DNA of 64,000 bases from Podarcis melisellensis (Eukaryota): NCBI GenBank assembly GCA_964234715.1, contig OZ174280.1; one strand, written 5' to 3'. The first letter of the stretch is position 1. Each line of letters begins with the position of its first letter. Both the position numbers and the translations under genes were made by a program. This document shows, one piece after another, positions 52,863 to 64,000 of the stretch. The notes under the pieces are model-generated. The model ran no database searches and was not told the origin of the DNA. It saw only the letters and a program-made list of their open reading frames with translations.

Positions 52863-53272
52863 CACTGGAGAGTCGTGAAAATTTATATCTCAGGCTTTTT
52901 AGACTCGTCTACCCGTGTACTATCTAAAACCAAAGGGGTGCATTGGTTGCCAGACATGATTCTCCACCCCCAGCTGTCCTACCCCACTAGGAGAGTCACA
53001 CCCCTTGTGCAGATTGCCATAATAAGGAAACAGGATATTAGAAAGAATATGAGTAGACCGACCCTACATTCAAACCATGCACATTTGGGAACCTTTCTCC
53101 TGCGTAAGATTGTGGCCTGTCCGTGGGGCACACAGAGGTCTGAGTATACCTAGCTCTAGATCACTGTTCCCTTTAGTCTTTCATTTTTCTGAAATGTAGC
53201 CATTCAGCCATTCCATACCACACACATAAACTTATTAGATAATCTTTTTTTAAAAAATCCCATGGTGTATTA

Positions 53273-53632
53273 CTTTATTTATTATTTATTAAATTTGCAA
53301 AGCACCCTATACCCGCAGGTTTCAGGGCAGTTCACAGGTTAAAATAGGAATATAAAACCACAAAATACATAACCAAAAGAACCCAGTAACACACACACCC
53401 CTCAAAAAAACCCCACATTTTTAAAGGGTCAATCAACCAAAGGCCTGGTTAAAAAGGAATGTTTTTGCCTCATGGCTAAACATATATAATGAAGGCGCCA
53501 GCCAAACCTCCCCAGGGAGAGCACTGCACAGACAGGGAGCTACTGCAGAAAAGGCCCATTCTGGACCTCTTGTGGAGGAGGCACACAAAGAAGGGCCTCA
53601 CGTTCATATGGAAAGAGGCAGTCCTCGAGAGA
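53273..53632 (-). mobile_element. L2 3' end
   Basis: tttatt tail, cagggcagttcaca, aaggcctgg, agggagagca...gaaaaggccc motifs. Confidence 0.75.
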
Positions 53633-54039
53633 TTGTGAAAAAATGCATATTGGAACGTCAAAAGAATCTCACAATCATGTTTGTTATGAATTAAATGTTT
53701 CAATAATTCCATCTTGAATGAGAGCTCTCTGATGCAAAAAATCTACTGCAGGCTGTCTTATGGTTTAGAGTAGCTGCGAACTTAGGAAGAATATGCAAAG
53801 GAGAAGTGTGTGGTTGGATATTTAGAGAAGCTAAACGATTTACAGTTGGGAGGCTCAATGTGGAGAAGCAGGTTGCATTTTAAGTTTAAAAATAAATTTC
53901 CTAAAGAAATCTGACATCTTCGGGATGCAAATATCGTAAGATTCTTCTCACTTCCACATTTTTCCTAAATGCTTTGTAAAAATATAAGTCACATTCATGA
54001 ACCATAGATGCAGAAATTATGCACAATTACAAGTCTAAC

Positions 54040-54103
54040 CTTGAAGAAAATTCTGCTGTGAATTGTAATAAGGCATCTCCTTCATTTTCAGCATTTTCTG
54101 GCA
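54040..54103 (-). CDS. FAF1: FAF1 coding exon (exon 11 equivalent), (M)PENAENEGDALLQFTAEFSS(R)
   Basis: Acceptor ctttctttcttttag|TG, donor AAG|gttaga; 64 bp; phase fits both neighbours. Confidence 0.96.
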
Positions 54104-54122
54104 CTAAAAGAAAGAAAGGAAA

Positions 54123-54212
54123 ATAGTACATTATAGTACATTATAGTACATAGTACAGTACAGTACAGTATAGTATACAGTAGTATAGTATAGTATAGTA
54201 TGGTATGGTATA
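54123..54212. repeat. Compound (TAGTA/CAGTA/TGGTA)n pentamer microsatellite
   Basis: Seen directly; abuts the exon 11 acceptor tract. Confidence 0.9.
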
Positions 54213-54378
54213 ATATAATTATCCATAGAATAGTATTCATATTATATTTTTTGAAAACATTGCCTTTACTATTTTCTTTAATTGTACATATACATTATTC
54301 AAATAACTTTTAATAACCCTTAATGAAGAGAACAGCAATAATATGGCCCTTTGGGCATATGGAATTTGTGACCAGTTC

Positions 54379-54510
54379 TAGAATCATAGAATCATGGAGT
54401 TGGAAGAGACCACAAGGGCCATCGAGTCCAACCCCCTGCCAAGCAGGAAACACCATCAGAGCACTCCTGACATAACAGAATCATAGAATCAATAATAGAA
54501 TCATAGAATC
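54379..54510 (-). mobile_element. Short CR1 3' end with (TAGAATCA)n on both sides
   Basis: tagaatcatagaatcatggagttggaagagacc...ccatcgagtccaaccccctgc. Confidence 0.88.
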
Positions 54511-54648
54511 TAGGAAGATGAAGATGATAAAAACAACGTATCGGTTTTTGCATATGACAGTATTATTATTGTAACAATAAAATTAGAATCTTATAAGCCA
54601 TCTTATAACTGTTGTTATACTATATTTCAGTGTTTTTTCTCTGAAATA

Positions 54649-55338
54649 CAGTGGTGCCCCGCAAGACGAACGCCTCGCAAAACGAAAAACTCGCAAAACG
54701 AAAGAGTTTTTCGTTTTTTGAGTCGTTCCGCAAGACGAATTTCCCTATGGGCTTGCTTCGCAAGAAGAAAGCCCATAGGGAAATCTCCGGGGACCTCTTT
54801 TAAATGCTGGCGGTGGGGAGCAAAGCCTTTCGCTCCCCTCCGGCCTTCAGAAGAGGTCCAGGAAGGCCGGCGGGGGCCGAAAGGCTTTGCTCCCCACCGC
54901 CAGCATTTTAAAAGCAGTCCAGGATAGCAGGGAAGCGCTTCCCGCTATCCCGGACGGCTTTTGAAGGCAGGCGGGGGGGAGCAAAGACTCTTCTGAAGGC
55001 TGGCGGGGGGCAAAAGTCTTTGTCCCCCCTGCCTGCCTTCCTGGGGGCTTTTAAATCGCCCCGGGACAGCGGAGAAGTCCGCCCCGGGACAGCGGAGAAG
55101 TCCTCCGCTGTCCCGGGGTTTTTTTAAATGCTTGCGGGCGGCAGCAAAGGCTTCGCTGCCGCCCGCCAGCATTTTAAAAAACCCCGGGACAGCGGAGAAG
55201 TATCCGCTGTCCCAGGGGCTTTTAAAATGCTGGGGGACGGCAGCGAAGGGTTCGCTGCCGCCCGCCAGCATTTTAAGATCGCCCCGGGACAGCGGAGAAG
55301 TCTCCGCTGTCCCGGGAAGGAAGGGGGGGGGAGTACTG
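54649..55338. mobile_element. Tigger-like MITE with internal hairpin array; right TIR mostly lost
   Basis: TA|CAGTGGTGCCCCGCAAGACGAA ... GAGTACTG|TA; repeated cgggacagcggag...ctccgctgtcccg palindromes. Confidence 0.82.
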
Positions 55339-55730
55339 TATTTTACACAAGTGTTTGTATAGCTTTTGTTCTAGTTCTAGAATAACAATAAATCTTAGTA
55401 ATATTTCAAAGAAAAAAACATTGAAATATAGTAGGCTAGTAGATACAGCCCAAAAGTTAAGTTTTAAGTCTAAGAGAATTGATTTCTGGAGGCCTGAATC
55501 CAGAATTCATTTATACAGTCTTAATTTCTCAGGTCTTCCTTTTTAAGTCAGCTTTTTTTTAAAAAAAAAAGAGTTTATCACTGGATGTTGAAATACATTT
55601 CTTGGAATATATCTCCAAGAAAACTATCTGGCAGAACCAAAAGGAACCAAAGTTTGCTTTCTTTCCTATTGCTCAACTGTTGTCAGTACAATGTTACACT
55701 ATTCACAGCATGAAGGATTGTATTACTTAC

Positions 55731-55857
55731 TCATTGGAGATTTCCTCAATGCAGATGACGCCATTCCAAACATCTCTCCATCATCCACTCCAAATTCTGT
55801 GGCATCTTCAAAGTCATCTCCATCACTGTCACTAACCATATGTACATCTGTGCATTG
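55731..55857 (-). CDS. FAF1: FAF1 coding exon (exon 10 equivalent), QCTDVHMVSDSDGDDFEDATEFGVDDGEMFGMASSALRKSPM
   Basis: Acceptor aattag|CAA, donor ATGA|gtaagt; 127 bp; translated by hand (not in the ORF track); acidic SDSD region matches FAF1. Confidence 0.96.
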
Positions 55858-56405
55858 CTAATTTAGTAAAAGCCATAGTTAAGAATAATGCAGAACAGAT
55901 TTATATTTATGATATAATACTGTTTCAATATTAGTAGTTTCCCATATACAACTATAAAGGCCATCCTGTTTGAAATTAAGAACCTTGGAGGAAATTCCCT
56001 ATATATTTTGGTTTGCGAAAACTATTTTGTATAAATAGGATTATAAATAGTAGATGTGATCATACAACATGATAGACTGTGGTTTGTTGTGATGGCATGA
56101 GCCTAGTCTTCCCCTAGCTTTGTTGAAGCCTCCTTCAACCTAGCCAGGGAGAGTTTTCACTTCCATATTTTTTTTAATGAACTGCAGCTTGTCTTGTGAT
56201 CCAAGCTCATCAAACCGTGGTTAATTTTAGCTATGGCTTGTTTGAAACAATCCAACTTCAGCATAGATTAGGCTATAGTAAAGTCAAACTGAGTTTTGTG
56301 GGCAGTAACCGGAATACAAATGTGGCTTTCAGCATAGCTTGAAGGAGTGTCTGAATATCCTATTTTGTGTGTGAGAAGGAAGAGGAGGGAGGAGGTTGTG
56401 TTTAC

Positions 56406-56501
56406 CTCTTCTGACTGTTCTCTGGTTTGTGCTGGTGAGGATCTTCTTCCAACTGTAAGTCGGTGGCAAGGATAAGAGACTCCTGATGCTGCTAGGGTCA
56501 C
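56406..56501 (-). CDS. FAF1: FAF1 coding exon (human exon 9 equivalent), VTLAASGVSYPCHRLTVGRRSSPAQTREQSEE
   Basis: Acceptor ttttag|GTG, donor GAG|gtaaac; 96 bp; translation matches the recalled FAF1 segment YPCHRLTVGRRSSPAQTREQSEE. Confidence 0.96.
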
Positions 56502-59500
56502 CTAAAACACAGGATACATTGCTGCATCAACTATCAGATTTGGATAAACATGTTTCTTTCAGTGACTAAAACCAAACTACAGTAGATTTGAATGAACAGG
56601 AATAAAAAGATTGGAAAATTTAGAATTTACCCACAAGGAACGTTGTTATACAAAATAAAGCTAGAAAAAAGGATGCAATACTTGAGATCATTCCACAATA
56701 TCCTTTCTTGATAAGATTTTCAACATATCATTTCATTTCAATCCTCAAACTTCTACATCACGGCAAACACTTAAAGCTACCTCATTATTGCTGTATAGCT
56801 GGTTGGCACTAAGCTCATGCACTTGACAAATTGAGGATCATTTACATTTCTCTTAACCAATAGCGGACAGGCAATGGGTAGGAAGTGGCCCTTACCACAG
56901 TTGTGGTGACTGAAGACAGAAAACAAGGCAGCTCAAACACCATCCAGGTAAGGAGCCAAGATAGGACTGAAGGCAACAGATGGTTGGAGTCAAAGTACAA
57001 AGCAGGTGACTGAGTAGGAGTGGGCAGTTCCCATTATTAAGGTAATCTGAATCAGTTTTAAACCTCAGATTCCCAAAATCATTAACAAAGAGTCTTTCTA
57101 GAAGAAGTCAGACTATGAAAACTGAGCCAACTTGGAAGAGGCCTAAGTTATCAAGAGGGAGCGAGGAATTGATAAGGGGCTCTCACAAGAGTAGGAACGC
57201 TTAGAAGCTGTGGAAACCTGTACCAATGTAGTAGACAGTACCTTGCAAACATGTCTAAAAAGGTAAAAAATGCTGCTGACAACATATTTCTTCCTTTAAC
57301 ACAGACTATAGAGGTTTCCTTTGTGAAGGAAATATGTCATATGGATAAAGGACCAAAAGGTAACTCAATTGTGCATCTCAGTTTGTGAATATGGCCTGAT
57401 CTCAGAAAGTAGAGACTACTTTGCTATATTTTGTGCACTAAAAGGTTAAGGCAGTATTGAAAAATATGCATGTTACATTTAAATTGTCCAACAGTTGAGA
57501 GTTTTAAAATCTTTATTCGCTTTAGAAGAATAACAACAGAGTTACATCTACATTTCTCCCCCGCTCCATCAACTGACACAGAGCCTTCTTGATTAATAAG
57601 CAGCTATGCAAACATGTCCTTGCAGGGTAAAAATACACATATTGTCAAAACTGAATAAACAGTAACTGATGTGTATTTTCTATAACAATTTAAAATGTAT
57701 TGGCTAAATGTCTGTATTTTTAAAAAATGTGAAGGAAGTTCTACTTTCCAAGTCACTGTAGTGGCTAAAAAAGTCTTATCCAAAGCCTAGCAAGTATGCT
57801 AGAAATACTCTTATTTATTTTTATCCTCAAGTCAGGGTGTTTTTAATCACTTATGTGCTAGAATTCATAAAAGCCTTAATTTGCTTCAGGTTAAAGCAAG
57901 CTGATTAAGTGTGCTAGCTAACCAAGTGAGTGTTGACCTGCCTGGACTAGCCTGCTGCCACATTCTTGTAGCAAGGTTAAATAGCAGTTTAGTCACAATT
58001 TTAAAATCACAGAGTTAAAAGGAAATGACTCTTTTGGAATAAATGAAATATTAAAGCAGACATTCAGGTCAAGCTCAATTATCAGTGAAACTCTTTCATA
58101 CATAAAACAGAATCTACGCTTGCCTTTGTAATGCTGGCACTGCCATTTTATATCACATGCTTCATTCAGTATTGAACATAGTAGTGGGGAGGGGGAGTAA
58201 CATCTGTTTATATACCTAAGCTCTCACTAAGGAGCGCACTAAAGGAAAGGTGACTAATGCCAAATAGAGGTTTGGTGGTAGCAAACGAACTAGATCTAAG
58301 GGTCTCATGATAGATGGCTTCCTCCCAATTAAAGCTGGATGAATGGGTTAGAATATTAGGTAAGGAAAGTCAGACATTGAGAACATGATGCTGGCCGTTT
58401 GCTTTCTCATGTTCAATAATATTAAAACATAGCTCAGGGTGGGATTTTATATAGCTCAAAATCAATGAGAGGTTTTCTTATCTAGCTAAGCATGTTGTAG
58501 AATTGGACATGAGAAGGCCACCATACTGCTCTCTTAGGGGGAAATAATAAAAAATATTCTGTGCTAAAACTAGATGCAAGGTGGAAAAACAGGCTGCTGA
58601 AGAGGCCAGGGGCCATCTTGGCTGAGAGTCCTGGAAGAACTGCTCCTTGCCTTGCTGGCCTTTCCCCCTTAGCCTTGGAGGGCAGGACCCTGACTGACTC
58701 CAGCTACAAAAGCTGAGGCTGCTGAAGAAGCGAGATACCATCTTAGCTGTCTTTTGGTGCTGACCCAGGTCATCAAGTCTGAGCTCCACAGCCACCATCA
58801 ACCATCATTGGCAGGATTGGCAGCAATAGCAGTAGATATGCTCTATGCTCAACATTTTATTCTCTTTTTACTTTACCTTTTATATTAGACTTCCTTCAGC
58901 AATGTTTCCTATATAAACATGGTGGGGGAGATATGCCACGCCAAAGTGAACAAGAATATTAATAGGTCTGTGCTGTTAAATTCTTAAAGCTAGCAAACAG
59001 ATTTGGGTTTCTATACTGGCATGACTAAAGGCAGCCATTAACTCTTGGCACTCAAAAAAGCATGAAATTTCACTGAAATTATTTCAAAATTAACAAAAAC
59101 ATTTTGGGTATATTCTTAAACCCTTGATAACACCAGTAAAACTAGCACAACTAACAACCAATTAGTTTTATCTTTTCACAGGAAATGAACTATTTTCCTT
59201 TTGTATACAACACATAATATGTCAGGCATTAAATCTTTTTTTAAAAAAAATTAAACACTAACTGGATGGTGGAAAAAAATCACAAGGGTGGAGTGTGTTC
59301 ACGTTCCACTAGCACCAATGCTTACTTTATCCCTTCATAAAGTGCTGCTGAGATAATTACTGCTGACAGATTTATTCAAGGTTCATTTCACTTTTTCTCT
59401 AGGTTTTTTTCTAGTTAGAAGTGCAGCAGAGCCCATGGGAAGATCCACCCCTCACACCTGTTAAGTTTCTTCATGTTACTAGGGCCAGTTTAGACATGTC

Positions 59501-59889
59501 ACTTTGAATTAGCATTGTACAAGGGCACTAAGTGTGACAATTACTTATCACAGGTTTAACCTTGGAAGGGAAGAGAGGAAGGGAGGAGAAAAGTTTCTAA
59601 TTCAAGTCCGAGAACAGTGTCCGAATACGTAATTTAAGCCCTTTAATACAGGTTGCATGAAATTCATTCCAAGACTCATAAAAAGGTTCCCATGGTAGGT
59701 TTCCAAACAAGGATGCAGATTAATATAAAGGGCACATCTACAGTTACAATGTATTTGATTTTAGAAAAGTAAAATTTAGGAAGGAAAATATTTTCACTGA
59801 AGACAATGGCCTGCTGATGAAAACTTAAGAAAACATTGATAGCTGCTCTTTTTATTTTTCCTTGAAGTTTTCCTTCCTGTATTCTACAC

Positions 59890-61022
59890 CAGTGTTTCCC
59901 AACCAGTGTTCCGCGGCACACTAGTGTGCCGCAAGACGTTGCCTGGTGTGCCGTGGGAGGGAGGCGGGCGAGTCGGGCGGCGAGAGGCCTTAGGCGCCCT
60001 GCAGAAAGGCGTCCTCTTTGTGGGTGGGTTCTCCCCCCTCCCTTAGCGCATTGTATTTAGTTGGGGATTCTGGAGAGGGGGGCGGGGGCGCGCTGGCCCC
60101 GAGCGGAACAGACGCGCCGTCGTCCCCACCTCCCTCTCCTCAGTAGCTCCGAGCTGACTGACTGAGGGTGGGACGCGGCCAGCGGCGTCCTCTCTCTCTC
60201 TCTCTCCGCCTCCCAGCACTGCTTTTCCCGAGGCGGGCGCGCGCCTAAGGCTGAATGGGAGCAGCCTGGAGGCTTGGCGGCCTCTCAGCGGCTCATGACG
60301 GGCGTCCCCGAGGTGGGAGGTGCTGAGCAGGGGCTCTGCGAGAGGGCGCGAGGGATGCGTGGTGGTGCCTGCACGCGCGTGACTTAAGAGGGCGACCTGC
60401 TGCCTCTCCTCTCTCTCCCCTCCCTCCCCTCATGGGCACGGAGTCCCCGGCACAGCTTGGCGCTACTACAGCTACAGCTGCTGCTGCTCCTGCTTGGATG
60501 AAGACGGCTGCTTCTTCCTAACGCCCAGCCTCTGAGGGACCGCAGTCTCCCGCCCTTTTTTTTTTTTTTGGCGGGATGCTGAGGTAAAGGATCCCCTCGC
60601 GCGCGGGTGGGCATCTCTTTGGGCAGGGCGCGTGTGGAGGCTTAAGGTGGGGAGTGTGGAGGGGTTGCCGCTTGCGAGGGGAGGGTTCATATTGTATTGG
60701 GCTGCGGTGTGGGCGTCACGGCTCTCCAATGGCCAGCCCGCGGAGGAACATTGAGTTGGAGCATTTCGAGGAGAGGGACAAAAGGCGCACTGAATAAAGT
60801 ATTTTATAATTTTTCATATTTCTGTTTACTTACTATTTCATAATAAAGTAATTATAAAATACTTTCTTTGTGTTTATTTGATTCCTATTAAAGAGAGTTA
60901 CTTTATATATAGTCAATATAGGCACAGAGTTAATTTTTTAAACATTTTCTAATGGTGGTGTGCCTCGAGATTTTTTTCATGAAACAAGTGTGCCTTTGCC
61001 CAAAAAAGGTTGGGAAACACTG
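59890..61022. mobile_element. Non-autonomous hAT element (1133 bp) with a GC/CpG-rich interior
   Basis: Perfect 15-bp TIR CAGTGTTTCCCAACC; perfect 8-bp TSD ttctacac; subterminal gtgtgcc repeats; no transposase ORF. Confidence 0.93.
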
Positions 61023-61269
61023 TTCTACACTACAGTCACATACACTAAACTCCAAACTCAAGTCATGCTTGGGGTCTGTATGTGCACCCGATAAAGGAGA
61101 ATCCCTCTTTAAGGTCTGCTGTTATGAAAGTGTCAGGAGTTTTTTTGATTTCAGCTTCTTCAAGGCACCAGGATGCGTATTAGTAAAACAAAAGGCTAAA
61201 TCAACTCATAGGAAGACAAAGAAGACTCTTAAAGTATTCAGATTCTTCAACTTTTTGAAAGAGTAACAA

Positions 61270-61354
61270 TGCAATCCAAAGCATGTTTAGTGAATAGTAA
61301 ATTCTGCTAAGCTGAATAGAACTTGCTCCCAAGGTAAGTGTGCATAGGATTGCA
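61270..61354. repeat. ~85-bp palindromic dispersed repeat (one of at least 7 copies in the window)
   Basis: tgcaatcc..catgttta..agtaa..ttgctccc..gtaagtgtgcataggattgca; similar copies near 7335, 7467, 10075, 13917, 23310, 25793 and 30910. Confidence 0.7.
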
Positions 61355-61491
61355 GTCTAAGTATTGTTTCAGAAAAAGCAATGGCTACTGCAGACATTGT
61401 AGAAGACTAGCAAGAAGATTTATCCCTACCCCTTCAATTTGCAAATGCCATTTGAAACACGCCCTTCAAAATCCCTTCAAACAGTCATTTA

Positions 61492-61733
61492 CAGTGATAC
61501 CTCTGCTTAAGAACTTAATTTGTTCCGGAGGTCCATTCTTAACCTGAAACTGTTCTTAACCTGAGGTACCACTTTAGCTAATGAGGCCTCCCACTGCTGC
61601 TGCGCCTCCAGAGCACGATTTCTGTTCTCATCCTGAGATAAAGTTCTTAACCTGAGGTACTACTTGTGGGTTAGCGGAGTCTGTAACCTGAAGCGTATGT
61701 AACCTGAAGTGTATGTAACCCAAGGTATCACTG
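61492..61733. mobile_element. Tc1-mariner/Tigger-like MITE, copy 2
   Basis: TA TSD; CAGTGATACC / GGTATCACTG; alignable by eye with 1025-1250. Confidence 0.92.
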
Positions 61734-62044
61734 TATATACATCATTATATATGCAATAATCATAGGAGTACTCATAAGAGCGAAGCAAATGTCCAGACAA
61801 CATTACAGTGAGATGACAGTTCACAGTACACAGTACGGTGTATTTTTTGTCTATGGACTCCAATAAAGCTGCGTGTGTGAGAGATGACAAGTGGATGGTC
61901 AAACATGGGATACAGTGTACAGTGTCACAGAGCTGTCAGGCAAGCACAGGTCATCCACAGGGCAGGAAGAACATGAGGCATGAAATGCAATTTCTAGCCT
62001 CTCGCTCTGGATCCCTCCCAAGCAGATGAAGGTTATGTTGACTC

Positions 62045-62359
62045 CATAGGCGCCGACTCCATGGGGCTTGAGGGGGCCCGAGCCCCCTCAAAAATTCGTT
62101 TGGGGGGGCTCCGCCCCCCCAATAATCTCCGGCGCCCCTCCAGCAGAGCGCCATCGCCGCCCCTCCCCCAGCCCAAAATGCACAGGGAGGGGCGGGCTGC
62201 ATGCCTCCTGCCCTCCCTCCCGAGCAAAAGCTCCACCCAATTTCCTTTGGAGCTGATCACGAGGAGGCGGCGCCACTTTATTTGCATATTCATGAGCTTA
62301 TTTATTATTCATGAGCTTTCCCGGGCCCCCCCAATATTTTTTATAAGTCCGCGTCCCTG
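62045..62359. mobile_element. hAT MITE (315 bp), GC-rich
   Basis: Perfect 8-bp TSD gttgactc; imperfect TIR CATAGGCGCCGACT / AGTCCGCGTCCCTG. Confidence 0.88.
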
Positions 62360-64000
62360 GTTGACTCCTCCTCTTGGCCTGTCAGGCCCATTGCTCAGCA
62401 ACGTGCAGGACTCTCCTAGAGCAAGGTGTCAGAGGGGGAGGAGCGTCAGCAGGACTGGGACTGTCCTGCTGCTGGGTAGCAAAGGCAACCTCTGACTCCT
62501 CTCTATCTGAATCTGCATTTACACTGCGACTCTCCGCCTCTAGCCCTGTCCTGAAAGGGCCTCCTTCTTCTGATCACCCTTGATCGCTCAAAACTCTTGC
62601 TTCTAGCAACACCCAGCTCATCCCTTTCCCAGACTGCTCCTCAGTGTCCCACCACCACAATCCAGGGTCTTAGTCATCTTCTTCCATGTCCTTCCTGCGG
62701 GGTTCTTGTGCAGTTGGCGCCCACCACTCTTTCTCATCCAGCTAGTTCCTGACATACATGTCTGTCATAATCACAGACCTTTTCTTAACATGGTTGTGAA
62801 CTGCCCTGAGATCTGTGGATGAAGGATTTTAACATTCTTTAAGCCTTACATAGTTATTGGCCTGGACTGGGAGATGAGGGAAGGGAGTTTGGCCAGTTTC
62901 CATACTTTAGGAGTGGATGTGGCGAGTAGAGCTAGAAAAAGTACTGGAGCTTTATATCTTTCCCCCCATCTTGTCTATCAAATAGACAGGTTTTCAGCTA
63001 ATTACTTAAAAACACCTCAGGGAATATTTTGTTTAATGAGGGGGGTGTCTTTAAAAGTTAAAAATCCCCTGCCATAGACAAATGCACAACTACATACGAT
63101 ATTTGGAAGCTGAGGGAAAATACAAACTTAAGAATGGAACATGAAGAGGTATCATCTTCCATGAGGCTAATCATGGCTCACAAGTTAATTCGTTTTCACA
63201 AATACTTTCTTCCTGTTGGGCATTCTCCCCCTCTCAACCCAGGCCAACTGAAAGCATTCTGAATTATGCCTTAATATGTCTAGTTCAGGCAGAGAAAATA
63301 CTTTCCCATCATATTGATCTTAATGTGCTCTGACAAAGCAACAGTACATTAACTTCATGTTTGCCACAACCTGCACTCTGCAATTTAGCAAATGCCCTTT
63401 GCTCATAGGCTAGCAACAACACATTTCCCAATTTTCAGTTTCTTCAGCATTATTTCCTCTTATAACACAGCAGTTAAAACATATCAATGAAAAATAGCTC
63501 AAATTGTTTTGTTAATTCATACACCTGTGAAAAGGAAGCTCTCTGATCCAAAATACATGTAAATTGCCTAAAGCAAATGAATAAACCAAAACTGCAATTC
63601 ATAAAAACTGCTTAATAAAAATAACTGAATCACAGCATGGTGCTAGATTGAGAAAATCCATAAACTTAACTCCTCAGGTATTCCCCAACAGATCATGAAT
63701 CATCTGTATCAGAAATTGTCATATTTATAGCAGTGTGACTCACAGCATATGAGGTTTCTTTTATAGATGAAGGGTAGAATTTTATCAACTTTCACAGCCT
63801 AACATATAGCTAAATTTGTGCTTCATAAACCATGTAAAGCTGTAGAGCTTTCACATAAACCACATGAAAGTACGGCTGGATAAAAGGTGACAGTTTTACT
63901 CAATGTGCTGTTTCTGATAACAATTGTAGAAGAAATTCCTGTAGTCATGTTTCATTTAAAAGGCACCCGTTGCACAGGGCCAGTCCCAGCTTACAGAATC

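Noticed and set aside
46157-54474. Opposite-orientation CR1 3' ends flanking exons 11-12 as circRNA drivers
   Set aside because: The two copies share only a short, diverged overlap, so stable pairing is unlikely.
54718-55385. Repetitive ORFs, and a repeat-spacer pattern superficially like a CRISPR array
   Set aside because: Inside a MITE in a vertebrate intron; the apparent spacers are themselves repeated palindromes, and there are no cas genes.
56820-56860. Minus strand reads VKRNVND, resembling the start of FAF1 exon 8 (VKRNVYD)
   Set aside because: No AG acceptor before it (attg) and similarity stops after 7 codons; treated as coincidence.
60432-60521. Short ATG-initiated Ala-rich ORF in the hAT cargo
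   Set aside because: Only 29 codons of low complexity, with no support for coding.
62380-62754. TGTCAGG...CCTGACA solo-LTR-like segment
   Set aside because: No target-site duplication found, so the boundaries are unsupported.

Overview
Vertebrate genomic DNA, probably a squamate reptile (lizard); the taxon is inferred from the repeat families. The whole window lies inside FAF1 (Fas-associated factor 1, UBXN3A) on the minus strand. Ten consecutive internal coding exons (human-equivalent exons 9-18, UAS, coiled-coil and UBX region) can be placed exactly from GT-AG boundaries, and they join in frame. The upstream exons and the final coding exon are outside the window. The introns hold CORE-type SINEs, L2/CR1/L1 fragments, Tc1-mariner/Tigger and hAT MITEs (several with perfect TIRs and TSDs), a solo LTR, microsatellites, three assembly gaps and several repeat-free blocks that look like conserved non-coding elements. 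The most notable items are: (1) a young Penelope-like inverted insertion with a 13-bp TSD carrying a minimal hammerhead ribozyme motif on each strand; (2) a 5'-truncated MITE copy with an atypical 16-bp duplication beside its near-identical full-length neighbour; (3) a 1.1-kb hAT element with CpG-island-like cargo; (4) Tigger-like MITEs built from tandem palindromes. Almost all ORFs in the supplied track are spurious. I see no convincing wholly new gene system; the ribozyme class is known, but these instances are worth testing.
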